From: Diplonema japonicum | Taxonomy: Eukaryota > Protista > Euglenozoa: Diplonemea | Assembly (NCBI GenBank): GCA_964019335.1 | Contig: OZ025764.1 | Location: forward strand, 21,862 to 85,861 | Reading direction: 5' to 3' | DNA: 64,000 bases | In this document: positions 23,601 through 33,256 of the stretch, one piece after another | How the letters are laid out: each line of letters starts with the position of its first letter | Position numbering within the stretch: the first letter of the stretch is position 1 | Program-made: the position numbers and the translations under genes | The notes under the pieces: generated by a model | Seen by the model: the letters and a program-made list of their open reading frames with translations, nothing else | Told to the model about the DNA's origin: nothing | The model's database searches: none

Positions 23601-24771
23601 CGATGAACTGCAGCTTGCTGTCGCTCGCGAACAGACTATCGGGCAGCGTCCCTGTGAGATCAATGTCTCGTATCTGCAGTTTCACCAACTTCTGGCTGAC
23701 ACAGTCGGGTATGGTGCCCACAACACTCGTCTGCGTGAGATGCAGCTCCTCGATGCTTGCGTGGGAGCACCATTGCTCCGAGATCGTCCCAGATAGGAAC
23801 GAGCTTGCCGCGCTGACAATTTTCAGGTTCTTCAGCTTCAAGAACTCGTCCAGCTGCGACTCGGACACAACATTGGTCTTCGGTTGGTAGTGACTGGCCA
23901 CCAACAACGGAGGGTACTCCCTTGGAAAGTACAACTGACCAAAAACCACGTGCGTCATAGTGTTCACCTGTCCGGAGAAATCCGGCAACGCACCAGTAAG
24001 CTGCGCCTCTGCTGTTATGAACCTCTGCAGATTGACTAAGTTTCGGATGGATGGGAAAGCACCTATCAACTTAATGTTGGAGGAGACATCCAAAACCGTC
24101 AGGTGGACCAGCTTAGAGACCTCTGTCGAAAGCGTTCCTTGGAGATTGTTGCTGTCAAGGCGTAGGGCAACGATGTTACCAGCATTGCAGCCCACACCCG
24201 CCCATTCGTCTTCACAAGGGTCGCCTTGAAGCCAGTTGTCGTTTCTGGTCCACGTTGCTCCGGAGGCTGAGTTGTATATAGAGACCAAAGCGGTTTTCTG
24301 GTCGATGGTTGTGTTCCCAGGTGTGGTGGGGCATTTGTTGCAGGTTGACGGGCACAGGTCACCGACGGTCTGTGTCACACCAAGGTCGGACAGAACCCTG
24401 TTGCAACCCATAGATGACAGCTCCGAGCAGCCCCCTACAGCCATGACCAATGGGGAATCCGCACAGTAGCACATGTTGCATGTGTTTGGACATAGCATCC
24501 AAATCTTCAGTGGATATGATGGGACATCGCCCGTGCACCCTGCAACGGCTGATACAACTGGGCATCCGCCCAGTGCGGCGATAAACCCAAACGGGTCGTC
24601 TACGCAGCTCGGTGCGTTCAGGATCTCAGCGTGCCTGCTTCTTTCCGCTTCGAAATGTAAATCTGTGTATTGGCTCGCACCATCTAACCCACCGCCCGAT
24701 AGAGGCAGCTCCGGGAGCCGTTGCCCCGCCGCTGCCACTGCTAGGAGAACTATAGATTTTATAAAACTCAT
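20692..24771 (-). CDS. LRR receptor: ShK-like Cys repeats, plant-type LRRs, EGF/laminin-like Cys region and multi-pass (about 7-9 TM) C-terminus
   Basis: Signal peptide MSFIKSIVLLAVAAAG (start 24771). Two C...CPxTCxxC repeats, LRRNT (WxxNDNWLQGDPC..W.GVGC), many LxGxIP/LP repeats, CKDGYKGRLCGRCGDGFY, and a hydrophobic C-terminal third. Confidence 0.8.
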   Translation of the reverse strand: MSFIKSIVLLAVAAAGQRLPELPLSGGGLDGASQYTDLHFEAERSRHAEILNAPSCVDDPFGFIAALGGCPVVSAVAGCTGDVPSYPLKIWMLCPNTCNMCYCADSPLVMAVGGCSELSSMGCNRVLSDLGVTQTVGDLCPSTCNKCPTTPGNTTIDQKTALVSIYNSASGATWTRNDNWLQGDPCEDEWAGVGCNAGNIVALRLDSNNLQGTLSTEVSKLVHLTVLDVSSNIKLIGAFPSIRNLVNLQRFITAEAQLTGALPDFSGQVNTMTHVVFGQLYFPREYPPLLVASHYQPKTNVVSESQLDEFLKLKNLKIVSAASSFLSGTISEQWCSHASIEELHLTQTSVVGTIPDCVSQKLVKLQIRDIDLTGTLPDSLFASDSKLQFIEAGSLAVTGTIPSTIGDSKAFKVLYFHDLQLSGTIPEGLCEMSDMLYVTWGDMPGLSGTLPASCGGLKKTQAFGFYSANITGTIPQEYESLTELSVLYFHDLDLSGTLPDIFSGMTKLRGLYLNLNEKLGGTLPTSAVSRPFQATLAATSCNFTGSLPEVVSPKLFFIGLALNSFSGTLPASWCTMQGLGTMWLHNNVKLDGAIPDCIGSMSKMFMLRLDNNSFSGTIPSTIASAVSLETFSVESNMLSGSVPDLAQLPKIRHAMYSGNPLNIDINTFLESGAKAEQLTTIGGSRCGLTGMLRPSTFYTAGSGSGVRWKSLQRFLIGHNSIQGSLPSTIDVSLFTVTFFDVSHNNLTGALPTILVQADGILSDGNPLMKGRNNGSIPNYAKSSERTTGYPGNYDCKILEGVNKELIIRVDPSYFGYSYCSCSVGFWGTPPNCKPCLANGICSGGESVLTPAGYYPYPVAEPELIQRCYDDAVNSNPCNPDNADPWVCKDGYKGRLCGRCGDGFYSVGRRCEVCPSDAGIVVLMASIILIAIGVVLSVRGWSKRQQLLDLMRLGVFFAQVQAVLLSDSSFLWPVSVKSSLSGPFQYAMVSPTVLSCLAGMSWFSFEGSVTSVAIVTVFWVVLILVFLVGGWWMLRTHVKNLVRVRSADYILSNQNSSASNLSLSDADPSAPDYPSVVVRVCKVALLGTSFLYLPVTVASLSVFQCEEDPGTGKKYMVTAPDTECSMDNSDYELMWKVSVCLIPTVVVGLPVTLIALCWALRDRTRRNGTAYRQMFGFLHSMYNDGCYWYFVFAVLRRLVVATTVSLIPKESEVGLPLLFVALCVFYSHHKAYMPMRVPLMNTLETYSLVTMLVTFSCGSLFSSGLTNTKLTTAVLSCALWPYGCLFIFLLVDLVLKGAASLALIEFAEKRSFFAAPVSFLRHVNQWVKDVEITPTMIISSRPEPEVMGKKVQDEEEEEEV

Positions 24772-25812
24772 TTTTTTTTTTTTTTTTGAATTACTGTATT
24801 TATTATCTCTTAATTCTGTCCAAAGACAAGTGTTACCCCCCCTATACCACACTTTACTGAATCATCAGTAGCGTTCGGGCAGTGCAGTGGACAGTGCTGT
24901 TCAGGTTTCTGAGATCCTGAGTCCTAAGATTCGTCTCTCGAGTGAAGCGACGTGCTGTAACAGGAAGTGCACAAAATCAAGTTTACCACAAAAAACACGC
25001 CAACCGAAATCCTATAAAGATATCGGTGGTAGGTGTTAGAAAGGCCCTCTTCGTACGCGACGTCGTGCAAACGGCAAGGTGATAAAGGTCCACCTTGAGA
25101 TTGCCTCCAGGGACACACACATCCCTTACGCTCTCTTCACCCAGGCACTCTTACACCATCATGGAGTGCGCGTGTGCTTCACCGAATCCATAGCACCGCC
25201 ACGACTCGCCAAGACCTCTCACCAGACGAGGTTCGACTCTCTACCGGCACTCTGGCCGTATGCAAGGCCATTGGAGCAGCGCTAATACGCACAGGGGGAG
25301 CGGTGAAAGCGACGACACCCGCTTCCACAAAGCCCTCAGGGATAACGGGACGAAGGCTTCGTGTGGTTCAAGACGAGTTTTGATCACAAAGCCAAGGAGT
25401 TGATCCTCTGGCGTAAACCCTAAGCCAAGCTTTGTGTGCTTCTTTTTGTTTTCTCTTTTGTCATCATGAAAGGGAATGGAGGTAGGGGGGGGGGGGGAGA
25501 AAATAAACACCATCGTTCACGAAACACTTTTTTTTGGAAAAACGTGAGAGGCTTTTTTTGTTTTTGTTTTTGTTTTTTTTATTTTTTTATTTTTTTCCCC
25601 CGTGTGTTACGAGGAAAAAAAAAAAATATAATTTCAGTGTGCAAGGGGGAGGGGAGGGGGGAGTGCTCACTGCAAAAGAAAAGAAAAAAAAAAGGGAGAG
25701 AGTGGTGGGGAGGAAAGGAAAAACTCCTTTCTCCCCTCACCACCGCACCCTCCTCTTTTTTTTTTTTTTTCGGGGATAGATTGACTCAATCTGTTACCCC
25801 CCGCTGGAAAAG

Positions 25813-25844
<32 letters not shown>

Positions 25845-25856
25845 GTATCATTCTGC

Positions 25857-26348
25857 TTACAAATCCGGACCCCACTTCACATGGCGGAAGACAGGACGCT
25901 TATCTATCCATGCAGAGAAAATGTAGCCAAGTTCGTCTCCTGTACGCCACTTCTGGAAGACATAGTCAGGCATAACCGCTTTTACGTATTCAATGAGCCA
26001 GCCCTCATCAGGGTGCTCCTTGTCATAGTGGATTTCGATGAAGTCTACCGTCTTCATGTCCCCAGGAGAATTCCCGAAGATTATTTCCATGGACGTTTCC
26101 CTCACAGGCCTCTCAATAACCGTGCTGAGGACCTCCTTGGTGTGCTTGAAATGAACATCCATGGTGAACTCTCCGTGCTCCGACCCCGAGTTCTCGTACT
26201 CGGCAGTCTGCAGCACAAAGATCAAATCCTTTCCACCGGTGGCAACCTCCTCCGAAGCCTCTGTCTCTTCTGCAGCCTCTTCATCCTCAATGGCCACCAC
26301 GCTGAAAACCACTCCGAGAATCAACACTGCTGTAATAACTTTTTTCAT
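25857..26348 (-). CDS. Secreted PLAT/LH2-like domain protein
   Basis: Signal peptide and acidic linker, then FVLQTAEYENSGS and GWLIEYVK, which resemble the PLAT consensus. Confidence 0.55.
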   Translation of the reverse strand: MKKVITAVLILGVVFSVVAIEDEEAAEETEASEEVATGGKDLIFVLQTAEYENSGSEHGEFTMDVHFKHTKEVLSTVIERPVRETSMEIIFGNSPGDMKTVDFIEIHYDKEHPDEGWLIEYVKAVMPDYVFQKWRTGDELGYIFSAWIDKRPVFRHVKWGPDL

Positions 26349-26472
26349 TTTTCTTTTTTCTTCTGAGTTGTCCTCTGCTTCCTGTTCGGCGGCGCAAAAT
26401 AAATAAAAAATTTAAAAAAAACAAAAGAGGTGTAAACCCACTTTTTTCTTTTTTTTTCTTTCTTTCTTTCTT

Positions 26473-27585
26473 CTACCAAAAGTAACGCGGCCTCAGTATC
26501 ACTTTCGTGTCCACCACGTGCATCAGCTTCTTAGTCACGTAAGGTGGCGTGGGTGCTGGTGTCGAGCTTTGTTTCGTTGAGGTGCTTTTCCTTCTCGGCA
26601 GCGCCTGGTTGAGCGTTTGCAGCCTACGCTGCTTTGCAATGTACGGCCTGCGGGATACTTCCTCCGGGGCAGGGGGAGGAGGGGGTAGAGCGGGGATGCA
26701 CTCTCTCGATGCATCAGGCGTGTCTACCTTCACCACCCGAACAGTCTTCCTCCTCGCACGAACAACAACACCCCTTTTCGCAGTGTGGTTCGGGTCCAGC
26801 TTAGAAAACACCAACGGCCTGCACGGGGTGGTGAATACATTGTTTTCCTTCGAAGTTTCAAGTTCCCGCGCACGTGAGATCATCCGGGTTACCTCTGCAG
26901 AAGCGATGCGCACTGCCATAGGAGGCTCTGTGTTCCATGAGGGAACACTGCCTTCAAAGTTATCGGGAAGTTTAATCACTCTGACCCCTCCCACCCACGC
27001 CACCATGTGCGGTGGGTACCTCCCGTTACAGTGCGAGGTGCTAATGACATCAGGCATCCATGACAGCCTCCATGATCCATCTTGCGAAAAGATCTTTCTA
27101 CCATTGTCGGTTACCCATCTTGGCAGCCTGTCTTCAATGTTGTAAAGATCGATCCTCAACACCACCGTGCCTGTCATCAACACAGAGGGTAGAGGAGAGA
27201 CGGGCTGCGATCCGCTTTCTGCGTGGGGCCAGATGTGTGCCGTGTTTTCCTCATGGTTTCCCACGGTCAGGCGTTTCCAAGTCGGGTGGGGTCGGCCCAC
27301 GCCTTCTGTTACCATTGTTAGTCCCCATACTGCGCCTTGGGTCCAAATATGTAATGGTGTCTTGTAGATATTGAGGTCAGCGGGCCATGTGGCCTCCCAG
27401 GGTTCGCCTGTGAAGGGCATTGTTGCGTCCCATGCCTTCCCTGTGAGGGCGTCGTGGAGGACCCATGTTGTCCCGCCCTGGGTCCTTTCTATTGTGAACT
27501 GCCCGCCGGTCCACTTTTGTGTCGCCTCGCAGTAGGTGCAGACACGGCCGCTTCCGCAGACCGCGGCCCATAAGACGGAGCTCAT
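26473..27585 (-). CDS. Hypothetical protein (Trp-rich N-terminus, Pro/basic C-terminus)
   Basis: 370-aa ORF filling a GC-balanced island between homopolymer spacers; no recognisable motif. Confidence 0.65.
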   Translation of the reverse strand: MSSVLWAAVCGSGRVCTYCEATQKWTGGQFTIERTQGGTTWVLHDALTGKAWDATMPFTGEPWEATWPADLNIYKTPLHIWTQGAVWGLTMVTEGVGRPHPTWKRLTVGNHEENTAHIWPHAESGSQPVSPLPSVLMTGTVVLRIDLYNIEDRLPRWVTDNGRKIFSQDGSWRLSWMPDVISTSHCNGRYPPHMVAWVGGVRVIKLPDNFEGSVPSWNTEPPMAVRIASAEVTRMISRARELETSKENNVFTTPCRPLVFSKLDPNHTAKRGVVVRARRKTVRVVKVDTPDASRECIPALPPPPPAPEEVSRRPYIAKQRRLQTLNQALPRRKSTSTKQSSTPAPTPPYVTKKLMHVVDTKVILRPRYFW

Positions 27586-27591
27586 AGCATT

Positions 27592-27624
<33 letters not shown>

Positions 27625-27712
27625 ACTCCTATTTTATTTTATTTTTTGTAAAAACGACGCAAAGGAAAGCGGTGAATAAAAAAAAAAAAAAAAAACACTG
27701 TCACAACTTTTC

Positions 27713-28459
27713 TTAAGTGTTTTTAAGCTGGCCCGCGGTCATTTGTGAGGAGTACCGCAGAGCCATCCCGTAAGGGGTGAGGCCCTCTTGGTTGACGGCC
27801 TTGGGGTCGGCGCCCTTTGAAAGCAGCAAGGGCACGATGTCAGGGTTGTTGTGAAAAGCGCCGTTCTTCGCGGCTTCGTGAAGAGGGGTGTTCCCTACCT
27901 CATCCTTAGCGGAGATGCTGCCCCCAAGGGAGAGGAGCTTGGAGGCACCGAGTGCAGCACCACCGCCAGACGCCCAATGCAGAGGGGTGTTGTCATATCG
28001 ATCAACCTCGTGCACGGTGCCTCCATAGTTAATAAGGGCTTGTATCGATGTTGGCTGGTTGTTTAAAGCTGCGTAGTGCATAGGGGTGGCACCAGAACGT
28101 TCTTTCTGCGCAATAAAACCGCCCCACCGAGCTAGCTCGGCAATGCAGTTCGTTGCTCCTGAGGAGACAGCCCAGTGCAGTGCAGTGCTCCCATCGGGGG
28201 CGGGTTCATTTACCTTTACTTTTCCCCTCTTCAAAAGTTGTTTTAGTTTTAGTTCGTCTCCCAGGATGGCTGCTGCGTGTAAAGGCAGCTCCTCCTCTGA
28301 TCTCTCTGCCAGACTCCCCACAGATGCTCGCTCCCAGCTGTCGTTGGTGATAACCTTCGCTTCCCTGTCGATCGCTTTACCCCGCGTGGAGGGCCATGAC
28401 ACCATGCACCCTGTCACGAAGAGGACCAAGGCAAATAGTTTTGAAGCTTTTGGGTTCAT
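27713..28459 (-). CDS. Ankyrin-repeat protein with N-terminal signal/anchor
   Basis: Repeats LPLHAAA, TALHWAV, TPMHYAA, TPLHWAS and TPLHEAA; likely start MNPKASK at 28459. Confidence 0.85.
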   Translation of the reverse strand: MNPKASKLFALVLFVTGCMVSWPSTRGKAIDREAKVITNDSWERASVGSLAERSEEELPLHAAAILGDELKLKQLLKRGKVKVNEPAPDGSTALHWAVSSGATNCIAELARWGGFIAQKERSGATPMHYAALNNQPTSIQALINYGGTVHEVDRYDNTPLHWASGGGAALGASKLLSLGGSISAKDEVGNTPLHEAAKNGAFHNNPDIVPLLLSKGADPKAVNQEGLTPYGMALRYSSQMTAGQLKNT

Positions 28460-28690
28460 TTTTTCTTTTTGTAGCCTCCTTCCCCCCCTATACAAATTTA
28501 AAAAAAAGAAGGAAATGGGGGGGGGGGGTGTGGAAATAAAAAAAAGGAAAGAAAATAAAAAAAAAGGGAGAAAAGAAAAACAGAAAGGGGAGGTGGTGGG
28601 TGGGGAGAAGGAAGGGGAATTCACAAAACAGAAAAGATATATAAAAAAAAAAGAAACTGAGAGATATAAAAATAAAAAAAAAAAAAAAAA

Positions 28691-29619
28691 GAGACATTTA
28701 AGGGTACCTGCGGTATGTGACAGGACGCCTGACGGGATGATAAAAATAAAAGCCAGTGTTGGTAGCGCCCTTCACAAGCATTGTCTGTTTTTCTTTCTTT
28801 TAAAAGGGGGGGGAAATAAAGTTGTTGATGTTTCCCCCCCCCCCTTTTTTTCTCTTTGTTTTTTTCCTTTTTGTTCTCTCTTTTTTCTCTTCGCAAAGAA
28901 ATAAAAAAAAAATAAAGAAAAGTTGGGTCTGTGCTGTTAACGTGAAAACACTTTATGTTCTTAGTGGAAATAAAAGAGATAAAGGAGGCCAGTGTTGGTG
29001 GCACCCTGCACAAGTAATGTCTTCTTTATAACTTGGCTTAATGACCGACGAGGAGGTCAACAGCGAACAACACATCTAATATACTTCTATATCCATGTAA
29101 ACCCCAGCTCGAATAAAAGAAATGTATATATATATATGAGTTAAAAGAGGCCGGTGTTGGCGGCGCCCTGCACAAGAACTGTTTGCTTTATTACAGGGGG
29201 CGCGCCGGCCGAGTTGTAGCTTCTTCTGCGTTCCGCGTCGTGTCCTTAATGCGTGCGGCTCAACCCCAGCCGGGGCGTTCACCCTGAGCATCTGCATTAT
29301 GATCTTCCACTCGGGCGCTACCAAAAAAAAAAAAAAAAAAAAAAAAAGAAAGAAAAAGAAAATGGCATCGCGTGAGAGTAGAAATAAGCAAAAAAAAAAA
29401 CAAAAAAAAAAAAATGGAGCTTTGTTTGCAAAACTAAGGTGTGCAACGAAGCACATGAACTAGCTACTTGATTGCGCACCTCGGCCGATGCCGTAGCTTC
29501 TTCTGCGTTCCGCGTCGTGTCCTTAATGCGTGCGGCTCAACCCCAGCCGGGGCGTCCCGGGGGTAACCAAGATTCGTCACCCTGAGCATCTGCATTATGA
29601 TCTTCCACTCGGGCGCTAC

Positions 29620-29665
<46 letters not shown>

Positions 29666-29815
29666 AGCTTTGTTTGCAAAACTAAGGTGTGCAACGAAGG
29701 ATATGAACTAGCTACTTGATTGCGCACCTCGGCCGATGCCGTAGCTTCTTCTGCGTTCCGCGTCGTGTCCTTAATGCGTGCGGTGTGCAGCTCAACCACA
29801 TCTGATGTACTTCTT
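28691..29815 (+). repeat. Composite cluster of modules D, A (deleted and truncated) and E, with local tandem duplication
   Basis: D (gagacatttaagggtacctgcggtatgtgacagg) at 28691; internally deleted A at about 28981-29075; A ending in poly(A) at about 29321 and 29620; E+A repeated at 29412 and 29661. Confidence 0.8.
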
Positions 29816-30035
29816 AAAAAAGAAAAAAGGTAACGCACGCAACTACAAAAATAGACCCCCTCCCTTACCCCCCCTCCAACTTCTCAAAGTTTTACTTTAC
29901 ACCCTCTCCCCCCCAAATGTACATATTTGTACCCCCCGCTACACTGGAAAAAACTACCACCAAAAAAAAAAAAAAAAACTCAAAGTGCAGGACAAACCCC
30001 CTCATGGAGGGCCGCCCTTGGGTGGGTTGGGGGGG

Positions 30036-30478
30036 CTATCTATTTATACTCCCCTTCTGGAGAATTGCTTTCGTTCCAATCGAGGCCTTGAGCGTCTTGC
30101 GGAGTCGCGTGATGCGGTCTCGCTTGTAAGCGGCTTTCAGTTCCATCAGCTTGTCGTGCGTGGAGTGGGTGGCGAAGATGGGCCTCCTGGCGAAACCCAT
30201 AGTCGTTTTTCCACCTATTGCGATGAGGGACTTCACTTCATCCGCCGGGAAGGGGCGTGGCTTCTTCCGTGCTCTGCATGCCGCGTTCAGCTTTCTTATC
30301 AGTGCTTTGATCTTGCGAGCCCTATCTTCCAGCAGACCTCCCAGTAACTTGCCTGTCGTCCATTCGAAGTCGATGGCCAATTCCACCGCTGACACTTCAG
30401 AGCTGGTGTCCTCCTTCACCCATCGTAGCCGTGACAACCACTGCAGCAGCGGGTTCAAGAATTCTGCGACGATTCCTT
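30036..30478 (-). mobile_element. Probable 3' fragment of a non-LTR retrotransposon ORF (or an orphan terminal exon)
   Basis: ATG-less open frame following a T-tract and AG. PLLQWLSRLRW...VSAVELAIDFEWTTG resembles, from recall, a C-terminal motif of protist LINE ORFs. Confidence 0.4.
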
Positions 30479-30877
30479 AAAAAAAAAAAAAAAAAGAAAA
30501 CCTGGTCACGTCTATGTATTTCTTTTTTTTCTTCTTCTTTTTATTTTTTATTCCAGCTCAGATTGCAAATATAGTTTAAAAAAAAATGATATAAAAAAAA
30601 AAAAATAAACTTTTGCGGAGTAAGGATTTACTACTGCAGGTTTTTTTTTTTTTTTTTTTTCTTTTTTGCACCCCCCTATTCCGCAATGCTTTGCAAAACT
30701 CAAAAAAAAAGAAGAAAAAAAAAAAAAAAAAGAGATGAGATAAAGAAGGTTCCTGTTTTGGAACGTCCTCCCTTTAAAAAAAAATAGATGCCCCCCTCCT
30801 CCCTTTCCCTTTCCCGTTAGCAAATAAAATGACGTAGCAAGTTTCGGAGTGTTCAAAATTTGAGTAGAAAAAAAAGG

Positions 30878-31754
30878 TGTTTTTGAAGGGAACCTGCAGT
30901 ATGTGACAGTATCGCCTCAACTCTAGTTTCCGCGGTTTCCGGTATCAGGTGATTTCTCACCTTTTTAGACCCAGCTGAGATCTGTCTACACCACCCATGT
31001 GGAGTTGTTCGTTGAGGATAATGGGGAAAAAAAAAAAAAAAAAAAAAATGGGGCTTTGATTGCAACACTAGGTGGCGTTAAGCGTGCAACGAAGCACGAA
31101 ATACCTACTTGATTACAGGGGGCGCTCCTCGGCCGAGCAGTAGCTTCTTCTGCGTTCCGCGTCGTGTGCTCAACCCTAGCCGGTGCGTCCCGGGTAACCA
31201 AGATTCTGCGCTCGTGCAGTTTGCTGCCTGTTCGTCACCCTGAGCATCTGCGATTCTTCCACTCGGGCGCTACCGGTGATGACCGACGTGGAGGTCAACA
31301 GCGAACAACACATCTGATGTACTTCTTATATTTCCACGTTATCCCCACCACCTTAAAAAAAAATAGAGAGTACTATACAGAATGAAGCAACTCCGAAGGG
31401 CCAAAATTAGAAATATCCGAAAAAGGGCCGTTTGTTTGTGCGTGCCGGGTAAAAACCTGGAGAAGTTTGTCAACCCGAAAAACACGTTGCCAACGTTCCC
31501 CTTTTTTGTTTAGACAAAGACTCGTTCTTGCAAAAAAAAAAAAAAAAAAAGGAAAGGAAAAAAAAAAAAAACTTACTGTAAATCTCTTAATCTTTTTCCC
31601 GTAAAAAAAAAAAAAGGGATCTAGGCAAGAGACATGGGGATATTCTTTTTTACTGGACTTTTGTACGTGCCGGGTAAAACCTGGAGAAGTTTGTCAACCC
31701 GAAACACGTTGCCAACGTTCCCCTTTTGTTTAGACAAGTCAAGGACTCGTTCTT

Positions 31755-31757
<3 letters not shown>
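30878..31757 (+). repeat. Cluster of modules D, E, A and two copies of C
   Basis: D variant at 30878; E+A at 31047-31356; C (gtgccgggtaaaacctggagaagtttgtcaacccgaaacacgttgccaacgttcccc...gactcgttcttgc + poly-A) at about 31424-31531 and 31660-31757. Confidence 0.85.
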
Positions 31758-31787
<30 letters not shown>

Positions 31788-32458
31788 AACTGTATGCTCA
31801 AAGTAAAGGCCACAAGGGACACTGGTCTTCCTGGAAGATTAAGAGTTTTACAGTAATTCGCAATGTATGGTGATAGCTTTTTTAAGAAAGGTAAAAAAAA
31901 GTTTTTTTTTTTTTTTACACCTTCTCAAAATTTCTTTTGTACTTCCCCAACCCTTAAAAAAAAAATCAGGTACCATATCCAGGCTTGACCCTTCATTCTT
32001 TTTTTTTTTTTTTTAAACACACAAGAAGTTGCTGGAAAAGAAAAAAAAAAAAAGAAAAAAGAATTTTCCTTAGGTACATCCTCCAAGACCTTCTCCCGTA
32101 TTTTAAAAGAATTAAGGTCAGAAAAAAAAAAAAAACACTTCGGCCCTGATGGTAGTAGCTGGCACCCCCTTCACTGTTTCCAGTTTTCTTCGGGGATAAA
32201 TGTCCGCCGCTCTCTTAAATTTGAAACTTTTCCCTCTGGATATCTATCGCAGTCTAGAAAAACATACGGTTTTTTTTTATTTCTTATAGTGGCAAGAAAG
32301 GTTCGACAGAGGGAGTAGATCCCTAGTTTTTTGCGGTTCCTTCTTTTTTTCTTTTTTTTTTTTTTCTTTCCCTTCTTTCTTTCTTTTATGGGTGATGCGG
32401 TATCCGCAAGAAGAAGCTGCACAAAAAAAAGAAAAAAAAAAAAAAAAAAAAAAAAAAA

Positions 32459-32495
32459 GAGACATTTAAGGGTACCTGCGGTATATGACAGGACG
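32459..32495 (+). repeat. Repeat module D
   Basis: gagacatttaagggtacctgcggtatatgacaggacg after an A-tract, as at 28691, 57459 and 63391. Confidence 0.7.
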
Positions 32496-33256
32496 ACTGA
32501 AAAAAAAAAAATGCGCGCGCGTTTTAACCTTTGTTATTGTGGTTAACTATTGTGATTCCATTCCTGTTGGGGAAGAGGGAGGCACCCCCCCCCCCCCCCC
32601 CCCCTTTCAGTTTTGAAAAATTCTTCCTTTATCCCCTAAATCCCACTTTCATGTATGATTGTTGATTACCTTGATGTTCACTGAGCTGTTTTTTTTCGTG
32701 GTGCGGTTTACGATGATGTCAAGTAACCTGCACATGAGGTGCAGTTTCAGAGGCCTGCACTGTTAAATGTTCATAGTTCCAAGACGAAATAAAACCGCGC
32801 AACAAAAATGCATATTTTGAAGTCCCGGGGCCGTGCTTCAAAAAAAAAAAAAAAAAATTGAAATGAGGACAAAAACGTCCGCTCGTGGGCGTTTAGGGGT
32901 TTATAGCAAAAAAAAAAAAAAATAATAACAATCCATCATTATTATTTTTTTTTTTGTTTGTGTGTGTGTTTTTTTTTTTTTTTTTTTTTTTTTCCCTTCT
33001 TCTTTGAATGTTAGACTATAGGGTGAGCCCATTCCCTTTACCCCTCTCGAGTTTCGGCCCTGAGCTTTAATAATAATAAAAAAAAAAAAGCAGAAATTTC
33101 TTCCGCACATGTTTTACAAATATTTCCCCCCCCCCCTTATTTTCCTCACCCCCCCCGAAAAAAAAGAGAAAAAAAAAAAAAAAAAAAGGGAAGAATTGTT
33201 TTTTCGTTCCCCATGATGTCAGCTCTTTTGAAAACGCTGTTTTACTTCATTTTTTT

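Noticed and set aside
32640-32780. Possible C/D snoRNA (tgat.../ctga motifs)
   Set aside because: No canonical RUGAUGA box with a terminal stem.
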